Positions 15,931 to 24,527 of a stretch of 36,071 nt of DNA are shown in pieces. Every line of letters begins with the position of its first letter. Position 1 is the first letter of the stretch. Where the stretch lies: NCBI GenBank assembly GCA_964441675.1, contig CAYTVP010000002.1, forward strand, positions 1-36,071, read 5' to 3'. This DNA comes from an uncultured Solibacteraceae bacterium. GTDB taxonomy: Bacteria > Acidobacteriota > Terriglobia > Bryobacterales > Bryobacteraceae. A program made the translations under genes and the position numbers. The notes below the pieces were generated by a model that was given only the letters and a program-made list of their open reading frames with translations, searched no databases and was not told the DNA's origin.

Positions 15931-17190
15931 TCACAACTCCACGCTCAGCCCTGCACGATGTCCGCACGATCCGGACATCCAGATTGTTCCCCACTCCACG
16001 GAGAACCCGCGGCTTCCGCCGCCGCTCCCCGTTTCTTCAAAACCGCGGTTTATGACGCGGTTTTGAAGAAACGGGGAGCGGCGGCGGAAGCCGCGGGTTC
16101 TCCGTTTCTTCAAAACCGCGTCATAAACCGCGCAGAGCGATTTCAACATGCCCTGCCGAGTAAACAACTCCTCGTAGCGCGCGCGTCCGGCAGCCCCCAT
16201 CTGGCGTCGTAACTCTGCACTGGAGAGAAGTGTTTCCAGCTTTTGCGCCATGTCCGCTTCGTCCCCGACGTTGGTAAGAAATCCCGTATGACTGTGTTGA
16301 ACAGCCTCGCGAACACCGCCAACATCGGTTGCAATCACTGGAAGGCCTGCGCGCATTGCTTCGAGGATCGTCAAAGGAAATCCCTCCCACCTACTGGGAA
16401 GGACAAATAGTTGAGCAGCGGCAAATAGCTCACTGATGTCCCGCCGCTCGCCGAGAAACTGAACTCGATCAGAGAGCCTCAATGTGGCCGCCAGCGCTTC
16501 TATCTCGCCACGGGTGGGTCCATCGCCGACGAACATCAACATCGCGTCGCTTGCGATGCGATGTAGAGCGCGCAGTAGCAACGCTTGATCCTTTTGCGGA
16601 ACAAATCGCGCCACACAGATGATCCCGGCCTTTGTAGAAACGCCCGGATCCGCGCGTAAGTTGGTATCGGCGACGCCATTGTGGATCGTTATCTGCTGTG
16701 GCTCACGCCCGACGCCATTCCGGAGCGCTAGGCGACGATTCTCTTCGGAAACGTTCACGATGCAATCCGTGAATCGACTAATCGCCCGTTCTACGGGAAG
16801 GCCAATGGTGCGCCATTTCCAAGACGTACCTTCCGCGAAACACCAGGTGTGTGCCGTGAATATGCTTGGCACGCGTAACGACGCGGCTGCAACCCGGCCC
16901 ACAACGCCAGCCTTTGATGTATGCAGGTGAACGAGGTCCGGCTTCCGCCGCGCGATGATTGATCGGATTGCGAATACCGCGCGGATATCATTGATCGGAT
17001 CAATCGGCTGTACCAGGGAAGGAACTACTTCGCAGTAGATTCCCATGTCCTCCAGATGCTTCGTCAGAAAACCGTGCTCTCCGACTATCACCTCAGGAGT
17101 AACCCGGCCTTGGAGACCTTCCAGTAAATCGATTAAGTGAGTTTGCGCGCCACCTAAATCGGCTCGCGTAATAACATACAGAATCTTCAT
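15931..17190 (-). CDS. GT4-family glycosyltransferase; its 3' end reads through the palindrome
   Basis: MKILYVITRADLGGAQTH... and FVLPSRWEGFPLTILEAMRAGLPVIATDVGG (GT4 E-x7-E region). ATGA overlap with the upstream polymerase gene. The last ~65 codons are encoded by the palindrome, so the functional C-terminus is uncertain. Confidence 0.75.
   Translation of the reverse strand: MKILYVITRADLGGAQTHLIDLLEGLQGRVTPEVIVGEHGFLTKHLEDMGIYCEVVPSLVQPIDPINDIRAVFAIRSIIARRKPDLVHLHTSKAGVVGRVAAASLRVPSIFTAHTWCFAEGTSWKWRTIGLPVERAISRFTDCIVNVSEENRRLALRNGVGREPQQITIHNGVADTNLRADPGVSTKAGIICVARFVPQKDQALLLRALHRIASDAMLMFVGDGPTRGEIEALAATLRLSDRVQFLGERRDISELFAAAQLFVLPSRWEGFPLTILEAMRAGLPVIATDVGGVREAVQHSHTGFLTNVGDEADMAQKLETLLSSAELRRQMGAAGRARYEELFTRQGMLKSLCAVYDAVLKKRRTRGFRRRSPFLQNRVINRGFEETGSGGGSRGFSVEWGTIWMSGSCGHRAGLSVEL
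15998..16132. repeat. perfect 50-bp-arm palindrome (8-nt loop) overlapping an alternative 31-bp inverted repeat
   Basis: Checked base by base. 15998-16047 is the reverse complement of 16056-16105. 16044-16074 is the reverse complement of 16102-16132. The unit CCGTTTCTTCAAAACCGCG is present three times. Confidence 0.9.
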
Positions 17191-18449
17191 GCGTCCTCCC
17201 GTGCGGTCCAGGCCAAACCAAACAAGAACCAGAAATGACGCCAGTGAAGACTATCGATTACGACGCAGTTGGCTAGCTGACCTACAGTACATACACTCAC
17301 GACAATAAAGAATCGGCGCCAAAAGGGATCGCGAGCACGAATGGCCGCGCCGATGGATCGAAAGACGGTGATTGCAAACAATCCCAGAAGACTGATTCCG
17401 CCGAGGACCCCGTTCTCGCTAAACGCACGTAAATAGGTACTATGTGTCGCATAGCGAAATACAAACTCGGACTGCCCGGGACCGATACCCAGCGGTTCGT
17501 CCACCACACTCCTCATCGCGAGTGAATGCGTATGGAATCGCATCCGGTCGTATGTTTGAAGCCCGCGATGACCGAGCCGGATCTGAAGCATGGCATCCAC
17601 GACGGGAATCTTGGCAATCAAATAGACCGCGGCGGCGGCCATCGCGCATAAGCCGGCAAACATTACCAGCTTGCGGACAATCTGCCGAATATCACGATTC
17701 TCAATCAGCTGAAAGAGAGCCATTCCGGCCATCGAGATTGTCAAGTTCATCCAGCAGGCGCGGGAAAAGCTGAGAAAGATTCCTGGAACGCAAACTAAGA
17801 GGACACTGCCCCAGATCCACCAGCGGCGGCGATGGTGCTCCGGCATCAGCAGGTTCGCGGCCGCATACACAGCGACTGGGACAACAAACGGTCCAAAGAC
17901 GTTGGGGTCTTTGAATAGTCCCTTGGGCCGGCCGTAAAGCAGTAAATACTGCTGTCCGCCGATCAAATGAAGGTAGGACCCAGCGGCCAGAACGACAGTT
18001 ACAATCGCAGCGGCCGTGTAGCCGGCAAAGATTGACTCTACAGCTGCCTTACCGAGCGCCGTAGTCACCGCGAAAAAGAACGCAGTAGAGGCCAGTAGAT
18101 AAAGCGTTACTGCGATGTACCAGACGCCGCGCATAGGATCCACTGAGTTCCACAGTGAGATCACATTGAACAGTGCAAACAACAAAAGAAACAGCACCGG
18201 GATGGCATGTACTTTGTCGATGCGATACAGGTTGAATATGAACCCAATCGGGATAAGGAGGCAGATCAGCAGATCGACTGGAGCCGGCTCAAACAACACC
18301 AACGCACTGATAGCCATCGCCAGCCCAACTGCGATCAGAAAGAGCCGCGTTCGGGCATCTACATCGCCGGCCCATCGAGGCCGCGGTTCGTCCAACAGTC
18401 CAAAAGACGGAACCGCGTGCGTCACCGCCAGTGCAGGTAATCTGGTCAT
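17187..18449 (-). CDS. O-antigen ligase/polymerase-family membrane protein (Wzy-like)
   Basis: About 10 or more predicted TM helices. The central FSRACWMNL... loop region is typical of the Wzy_C/O-antigen ligase family. ATGA overlaps at both ends. Confidence 0.65.
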   Translation of the reverse strand: MTRLPALAVTHAVPSFGLLDEPRPRWAGDVDARTRLFLIAVGLAMAISALVLFEPAPVDLLICLLIPIGFIFNLYRIDKVHAIPVLFLLLFALFNVISLWNSVDPMRGVWYIAVTLYLLASTAFFFAVTTALGKAAVESIFAGYTAAAIVTVVLAAGSYLHLIGGQQYLLLYGRPKGLFKDPNVFGPFVVPVAVYAAANLLMPEHHRRRWWIWGSVLLVCVPGIFLSFSRACWMNLTISMAGMALFQLIENRDIRQIVRKLVMFAGLCAMAAAAVYLIAKIPVVDAMLQIRLGHRGLQTYDRMRFHTHSLAMRSVVDEPLGIGPGQSEFVFRYATHSTYLRAFSENGVLGGISLLGLFAITVFRSIGAAIRARDPFWRRFFIVVSVCTVGQLANCVVIDSLHWRHFWFLFGLAWTAREDA

Positions 18450-20617
18450 GCCTTTGCCGGATAATAGGCGTGGATATTCTCTTCAGGCTGGCAATCGTTC
18501 AAGATCGTTCCAAACACGTTGCTGCCATCCTGCTGCAACCGCTGCCGGCACAGGGAAGCCGTTTCGAATGACGTCTTGCCAGCTCGAAGAACGAGGATGA
18601 TGCCATCGGCATTCCGTCCCAACAGCCGTGCCGCCGGAGCGAGCATCATGGGAGGCGTATCAATGATGGTGGTGTCATAATCCAGCCGCACCATTTCGTA
18701 CAAAGCCTTCAGGCCTGCCTGATCGAATAGAGTCCGGGACGAAGTCGGCCATTCGCCGCTGCTCATCACGTAGAGCCCAGGCGTACTGGTGGGATGGGTG
18801 TAGTCGCTGAGATCTACCATTGGTTTGGCCGAGGTGAGCAACTCAGCAAGTCCATTTTCTTTCGGGATGTCATGAATCGTATGAATCCGTGGCAATCGAA
18901 AGTCGGCATCTATGAGCAGCACTTTTCGTCCTGTTTCCGCAAGAGTCTTTGCCAGCTGGCTAGCGATCGTCGTCTTGCCGTCTTTGGGGTGAGGGCTAGT
19001 TACGACAATGACGCTGTGCTCGCTGCCTGTTGTCAACAGTAGGGATGTAACGATTGCCTGATAGGAATCACCGGCAAAAGCCGCAGTCGCGCTAAAGGGC
19101 TCGCTATTACTTGCATCGCCGCGTCCACGAGTGCTGTCCAGGCCAAGCGCCAGCCGGTTGCCAACCTTTCTGTGATGTACCCATGGCACTGTGCCGAGTT
19201 CTTGAACCTGAAGAATCTGAGAGATTTGTCCGGGCCGCTGTAGGCTACTCTTGCTGAGTGCACGGAAAATAACCACGCCCGACGTGAACAACAAACCTCC
19301 CAACCCGCCGAGTGTTGCTCCTAGAATCGGGATCGGCCTGTGAGGGTCTGCAGGAACTTCGGCTGGTTCGATAATTCTGAGGTTGGTCCCCCGGGTAGCA
19401 GAAGCGACATCCACCGTCTTCGTCTTCTGCAACATGTCCGCATAGAGAGCGCGATTGATCTCGACGTTATGCCGCAGCGTGTCATAACGAATGCGAAGTC
19501 TGCCCTGTGCGACGACAACCTGTGACTGGGCACGGTAGCCGTCGGCGAGCAGCTTCTCCCGGTGATTTGCTGTTTCAAAGTCACTTTCCAGCCGGTTGAT
19601 CACTCGCCTGCGTTCGGCAGAAATCTCGGAAAGGATCTGTGCAATCTGCGCATCCACACGTTGCACCTTGTAGTTTGTCGGCATCAGCAGCGTGCTTAGC
19701 TCCGCGTGTTGCCGGCGAAGCTCGGACAGCCTGGCCTGAAGATCTCGCAGCGGCGGGTGATCGATCGTAGCGGCGAGTGATTCAGGATCCGTCTTCTCGG
19801 CGTTGCGCATCAGCGATTCCTTTGCGATGCGGTCCGCCTGTGCAGCAGACAGTTCCTGTTGCAGCCGCTGCAGCTTTTGCTCGGCCAGGATCACCTTGTC
19901 ATCCACCAGCAGGAGGCCTGCTCCTGCTGCGTAACGTTGGAGCTCGCGCTCCGACGACTCCATGTCGCTCTTGAGATCCTCGAGCTTGCTTTTCAGCCAC
20001 CCGGCGGTTTTCTCCACACCCTCCCAACGCGACTGAAGGTTGTCTTCAATGTAGAGTTCCGCCATTGTTCCTACAAAGCGGGAGGCATAAGCAGGGTCCG
20101 GTGACTCGAAGTAGAGTTCGAGAATATTTCCCTGCGGCGCGATGCCGATATTCAGATTTGCCCGTGCCGCCTCAAGCGCAGCGGATTGCCTCTGCTGGCC
20201 GTTCGGTTGTCTCCCGAACAATCGGTCAACGAGCGGGCGTGGTTTGCGGGGATCTGTGTTGGGGGGGTCACCGATTTTAGCCAATACTTTTCTTGCCAGC
20301 GCGTCAGTTTTCAGAATCTCAACCTGAGTTTCCAGGTAGCTGGTCATTGCTCCCGCTTCATGGCTCTGATTCAGTGGGTTGATGTTACGCGTATTCAGGA
20401 AATCTGGATTGACATCGAGTACCTCGAGCTTCACCACCGCGCGATAGATCGGGGTCCGTTGTAGAGTAATCCACAATCCCGCAGCGGCCGAGCACAGAGT
20501 TACAAATCCAATGAGTAGAAGCGATCGTCCCAATTTCCGCCAATGTGACAATAAGCTTTCATCGGTGGTAAGTCCTCGAAAGCCAGCTATCTCGTTATCA
20601 CTGGTAAGAAGTTTCAT
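18446..20617 (-). CDS. polysaccharide co-polymerase / tyrosine autokinase (Wzc-like BY-kinase)
   Basis: N-terminal Wzz-type region with a TM helix, a long coiled coil (LQQELSAAQADR..., LSELRRQHAEL), then a second TM helix. The C-terminal P-loop domain has VTSPHPKDGKTT and TTIIDTPP. The C-terminus ends ...HAYYPAKA. Confidence 0.8.
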   Translation of the reverse strand: MKLLTSDNEIAGFRGLTTDESLLSHWRKLGRSLLLIGFVTLCSAAAGLWITLQRTPIYRAVVKLEVLDVNPDFLNTRNINPLNQSHEAGAMTSYLETQVEILKTDALARKVLAKIGDPPNTDPRKPRPLVDRLFGRQPNGQQRQSAALEAARANLNIGIAPQGNILELYFESPDPAYASRFVGTMAELYIEDNLQSRWEGVEKTAGWLKSKLEDLKSDMESSERELQRYAAGAGLLLVDDKVILAEQKLQRLQQELSAAQADRIAKESLMRNAEKTDPESLAATIDHPPLRDLQARLSELRRQHAELSTLLMPTNYKVQRVDAQIAQILSEISAERRRVINRLESDFETANHREKLLADGYRAQSQVVVAQGRLRIRYDTLRHNVEINRALYADMLQKTKTVDVASATRGTNLRIIEPAEVPADPHRPIPILGATLGGLGGLLFTSGVVIFRALSKSSLQRPGQISQILQVQELGTVPWVHHRKVGNRLALGLDSTRGRGDASNSEPFSATAAFAGDSYQAIVTSLLLTTGSEHSVIVVTSPHPKDGKTTIASQLAKTLAETGRKVLLIDADFRLPRIHTIHDIPKENGLAELLTSAKPMVDLSDYTHPTSTPGLYVMSSGEWPTSSRTLFDQAGLKALYEMVRLDYDTTIIDTPPMMLAPAARLLGRNADGIILVLRAGKTSFETASLCRQRLQQDGSNVFGTILNDCQPEENIHAYYPAKA

Positions 20618-20632
20618 TGACTCTCCAGGGAA

Positions 20633-21976
20633 CTAATGTTCCGGTACACTTTCTTTCCAGTTGGCCGCTCCCAAAGTGTCGGTGGACGGATTGCTGATTC
20701 CTCTTCGTCCGTAGTTCCCAATCCAGAACGGAGCCAACTTCGCGGCGGCGCGAAATAGCTGCGCCACCATATATGCTTCAGCAAGTACGGCCCCCCAGGC
20801 CGCACCAAGATGAGCGAATTTCACCGCCAACCCAGCGGTGAGAAAAATATTGAGGAGACCACTCCCAATCACAATGCGACTCACAACTGCCTGATATCCC
20901 AGTGGCATCAACCACTGCATAGCCGATATATTTGCCAGTGACCCGAAAAGGACGATCAGTGACATGATTCGTAGCGCCGGGACCGCCATTTCGAATCCCG
21001 GACCCATGACAGTGGCGATGATCGGCTGAGCCAGAATCGCCAGAGAGGCGGACAGAATGAATCCTCCCGCGAGCAGGACAACCGCGCCGATCCTTGCCAA
21101 CCGCGCAGCTTCGTCGAGAGCGTTCGCCGCCAGGTGGCTGATTCGGGGATAGAACGCCTCATGTATCGGATTTAAGAGACCGAGCGTCGCGGAGCTGATT
21201 TTTTCCGCCGCCGCGAAATACCCAACGACGTGCAGCGGCTCAAACGTACCCAGGATGAAGACAGTCGCCGTGCCGCTGAGACCCGTGGACAGCCGATAAA
21301 TAAACGGGGACCACGCAGCTTGAAATGCCGCCTTCAGGTCGTTGATCACGGGCCACTGTACTGCACCGGAACGGACGATCAGAAAGTATCCTGCGCCCGT
21401 CGTTACCAAGGGACCCATTCCCTGTAGAACAAGCGCTTTCCAATCATCGTCAGGGCTGCGAACCAACAGCAGGATTCCCGCCATCCCGATCAGCTTTCCT
21501 ACCATGTCGAGAACTGCGGCGGTCTTTAGGCGCTCCATGCCCTGAAAGAACCAGAACGGCGTTAAACCTTGGGCAACACCGAAGAATACGGCCCCCGCCA
21601 GCAATGGCAAGCGATCGGATAAGTTCGGAATAATCGGCGAGAGCAGAAACACAGCGACGCTACCGGCGAGCGCGAGGAGAAGCTGCGAGCAGATAACTCC
21701 GCTAACAACCTTCCTGCTGGTATCTTTGTTGTCCCGCGTTCTCGCTACTTCGCGCGCGGCCGAAAGTGGAAATCCGAACTCCACCACAACCATCAGAAAC
21801 ATGCCCACCGATAGTGAGAACGCAACGCCACCCCACCCGGCGACGCCCAGTACACGAGCTAGATAAGGTATGACAACAATAGGCGCTAGCTTTCGGCAGA
21901 GTTGTATCCCATAAAGGGCAACCGTGTTCTGAAAGAGCGGGTTTCTGACAAACTGCCCCTGTCTGAAGATCTTCAT
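20633..21976 (-). CDS. polysaccharide flippase (Wzx / MOP superfamily)
   Basis: 447 aa and multi-TM. The N-terminal LFQNTVALYGIQLCRKLAPIVVIPYLARVLG is typical of Polysacc_synt proteins. Confidence 0.75.
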   Translation of the reverse strand: MKIFRQGQFVRNPLFQNTVALYGIQLCRKLAPIVVIPYLARVLGVAGWGGVAFSLSVGMFLMVVVEFGFPLSAAREVARTRDNKDTSRKVVSGVICSQLLLALAGSVAVFLLSPIIPNLSDRLPLLAGAVFFGVAQGLTPFWFFQGMERLKTAAVLDMVGKLIGMAGILLLVRSPDDDWKALVLQGMGPLVTTGAGYFLIVRSGAVQWPVINDLKAAFQAAWSPFIYRLSTGLSGTATVFILGTFEPLHVVGYFAAAEKISSATLGLLNPIHEAFYPRISHLAANALDEAARLARIGAVVLLAGGFILSASLAILAQPIIATVMGPGFEMAVPALRIMSLIVLFGSLANISAMQWLMPLGYQAVVSRIVIGSGLLNIFLTAGLAVKFAHLGAAWGAVLAEAYMVAQLFRAAAKLAPFWIGNYGRRGISNPSTDTLGAANWKESVPEH

Positions 21977-23253
21977 TCGACGCTCCGTGCCGGGGACGTA
22001 GGCGCCGGCGGCAGCGTCGACACCGGGTGCTTGTCATGGTTGTGCTGTTTGGCGCACGCTGTTTCGTAAACGGAAAGAAGTTGATTAACGACCCGGTCCC
22101 ACGTATAACGGCTTTCGACCAGAGCCCGGCCGCGCTCCCCGCAAGCCTTCAGTTCCTCCGGGCGGGCGGAAAGTTCCTGTAACGCTTTGGTCAGCGACGA
22201 CGGCGACGAATCGACAACAAATCCTGCCTGCGCAGTTTCAACATCGGGAAAGTGACATTGCGGCGAGATCAGGACCGGCGTGCGTGATGCCAGCGCCTCG
22301 AGGATCGCCATCGAAAACCCTTCGCCATCCGAAGGAAGGCAGAAAAGATTTGCGCGGCTCAATAAGTGCCTCTTGATATCCCCATTCACCATGCCCGCAA
22401 ATACGACACGACTCTCCGCGCCGCGTTCGCGCACCTGATCCCGGAACTGCGTTTCAAATCCATACTCATCCGGGCCGGCCAATACCAGCACCGGGTTCGG
22501 CAACTGGTGATGACAACTCAGAAAGGCTTCGAGCAGGCGAGATGCTCCCTTTTGCGGGTGCATTCGACTCATGAACAACACGACAAAACTCGACGACGTA
22601 ATCTGCTTCGGTAAGAAACCTGGCTCGGGATGATCTACCCCATACTGATTCGCGTCCACACCATTTGGAACCACTCGACAATCAGTTTTGACGCCGAGCG
22701 CGCGATAGCTGGCAACCTCAGCTTCAGTCAACGCGAGCAACACCGACGCCCGGTCCATAATTGGCTTTTCGATCATCCGGATGTAGAGGCGTTTCTTGGC
22801 GCCGCGATACTGCAACCGGCCCGGATCAAAAACACCGTGCTGTTGATAGACAAGCGGCCGCTCGAAACGAAATGCGACTCTCGAGGCGGCGATCATTGGA
22901 TAGGTGAACGGCGCGTGCGCGTGCACAAGATCCACCGAAGGCATGATCTTTTCGAGAGCCCGCTTCATCTCCGGCGTATAAAGGAATCCGGATGACCGGG
23001 AGAGGTAGGGAATAAACGGAAGATACTCCCGCACTAACTCCCGCCGCGCGAAATACCACACCGATACACCCGAGACATCATGGGCAACGTTTGGTTCTAT
23101 TGCCAAGTCCTCATCCAGGTTGCTGTTCGACGCAAATACGGTGACCCGATGTCCAAGCCGAACTTGTCGTTCGGCGATCTCAAAGCCGGTAAACACGGTA
23201 CCGCCCAGCCGATAGGCTGGCTTGTAGCCGTTCAGGATGTGGAGAATATGCAT
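21973..23253 (-). CDS. GT4-family glycosyltransferase
   Basis: MHILHILNGY..., LFCLPSDGEGFSMAILEALASRTPVLIS. ATG 23253 is chosen; the track starts at TTG 23286. Confidence 0.8.
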   Translation of the reverse strand: MHILHILNGYKPAYRLGGTVFTGFEIAERQVRLGHRVTVFASNSNLDEDLAIEPNVAHDVSGVSVWYFARRELVREYLPFIPYLSRSSGFLYTPEMKRALEKIMPSVDLVHAHAPFTYPMIAASRVAFRFERPLVYQQHGVFDPGRLQYRGAKKRLYIRMIEKPIMDRASVLLALTEAEVASYRALGVKTDCRVVPNGVDANQYGVDHPEPGFLPKQITSSSFVVLFMSRMHPQKGASRLLEAFLSCHHQLPNPVLVLAGPDEYGFETQFRDQVRERGAESRVVFAGMVNGDIKRHLLSRANLFCLPSDGEGFSMAILEALASRTPVLISPQCHFPDVETAQAGFVVDSSPSSLTKALQELSARPEELKACGERGRALVESRYTWDRVVNQLLSVYETACAKQHNHDKHPVSTLPPAPTSPARSVE

Positions 23254-23315
23254 GTAGCCCGAGATTTCACGGTGATGAACCGGCAACTCACTGAAGAGCG
23301 CCCGTGTTCTGGTTG

Positions 23316-24230
23316 CTAAACAGCCCGATCCGGGGACGATGCGCGAGACGGCTCAATGGCCATAACCTTCGCTGGCTCGGCAGTCTGATTGTCGTAGGAG
23401 CGGAGCCACCCGGCCGTCCTGCCGGAGAACACCGCGAAGTGGTAACCAGCCTTTCGGAAGCGAAGCAGTGCCATATTCAGGCAGGTACCGCCAAGCGGGC
23501 GAACTAAGTGCGGGGCAACAAGGCCTAATGGAAATCGATGCTTGCGAAGAACGCGGCCGAAGCCGCGGCCATACGCGCGCGCCTTTTGGCGCACTGCTTG
23601 CGACGCCGGACCCGCCGTCCACTCCGGATGGTGCACAATCAGGTCTGGCTCGTAGTGAGCGAGCCGGCCGGACTCGATAAGACGCAAGATGAAGTCGGGA
23701 TCCTCACCGCCTCCCCACGGAGTTCCCGCTCCGACGCCGAGCGTTTCGTCAAAGCCCAGCGCTCTCGCGCATTCAATTCTGGCAAAGATACTGATACTGC
23801 AGGATCGTGTCCAAACGTTGGACCGCTTAATTCTTCCGGGAGTCAGATCCCATCGTCCACTCGACGGCAAACCTTCTGCGGTGAGCGATCGGCCGCAAAC
23901 GGCGCTTAGCGACGAATTCTGGACCAGATAATCCCGAACGCTCTGCAGAAGCGAATCCGGGTACCAGCAATCATCGTCTGGAAACGCCACAACGTCGCCC
24001 GACGCACGCTCCAACCCAACATTCAGCGCTCTGGAATGTCCCCGTACCGGACCCGCGTAGATCAGATTATCGACCGAACAATCCCGAAGGTACTCGCGTA
24101 CTCCGGTGTCATCCGGCGGGCCCACAACAATAACTTCGAAGTTGCGGTATACCTGTCTAGCCGTGCCCTCAAAAAATCGGTCCAGGTCGCTTCGACGACC
24201 TACCGTACTCAAAATCAAAGAGAATTTCAT
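23316..24230 (-). CDS. GT2-family glycosyltransferase (first gene of the EPS operon)
   Basis: MKFSLILSTVGR..., FEVIVVGPPDD, VVAFPDDDCWY (DxD region). An AGAAGGA Shine-Dalgarno lies about 9 nt upstream of the ATG. Confidence 0.8.
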   Translation of the reverse strand: MKFSLILSTVGRRSDLDRFFEGTARQVYRNFEVIVVGPPDDTGVREYLRDCSVDNLIYAGPVRGHSRALNVGLERASGDVVAFPDDDCWYPDSLLQSVRDYLVQNSSLSAVCGRSLTAEGLPSSGRWDLTPGRIKRSNVWTRSCSISIFARIECARALGFDETLGVGAGTPWGGGEDPDFILRLIESGRLAHYEPDLIVHHPEWTAGPASQAVRQKARAYGRGFGRVLRKHRFPLGLVAPHLVRPLGGTCLNMALLRFRKAGYHFAVFSGRTAGWLRSYDNQTAEPAKVMAIEPSRASSPDRAV

Positions 24231-24527
24231 GGCGGAAAATCCTTCTTAGGTGACCGTGCACAGCAACCGACACACCAATGTTTTTACTAGACGAGCAATA
24301 GCGAAGACACGACGCCCCTCTACCCGTACTCATTCAATTCGTTGTTCTTATTGGGAGGCTTCTATCTCAGCGTAACAGCTAGCTTTGAGTTGAGAATACA
24401 GCAACGAATACAAAAAATAAAGCCTTTATGAAGTAATACCAATCTTGCTAGTCCTAGTCCGCTTAGTACTTTCATGACATTTCCTCATTCGCGCATTTAT
24501 CCTCTAGCCAGCTACGCTCGCCCGTTT

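Noticed and set aside
15958-16212. A + strand 84-aa ORF sharing the peptide AVYDAVLKK...SPFLQNRVINR with the GT4 tail.
   Set aside because: The shared peptide is a direct consequence of the perfect palindrome (the same sequence on both strands). It is not independent evidence of coding.
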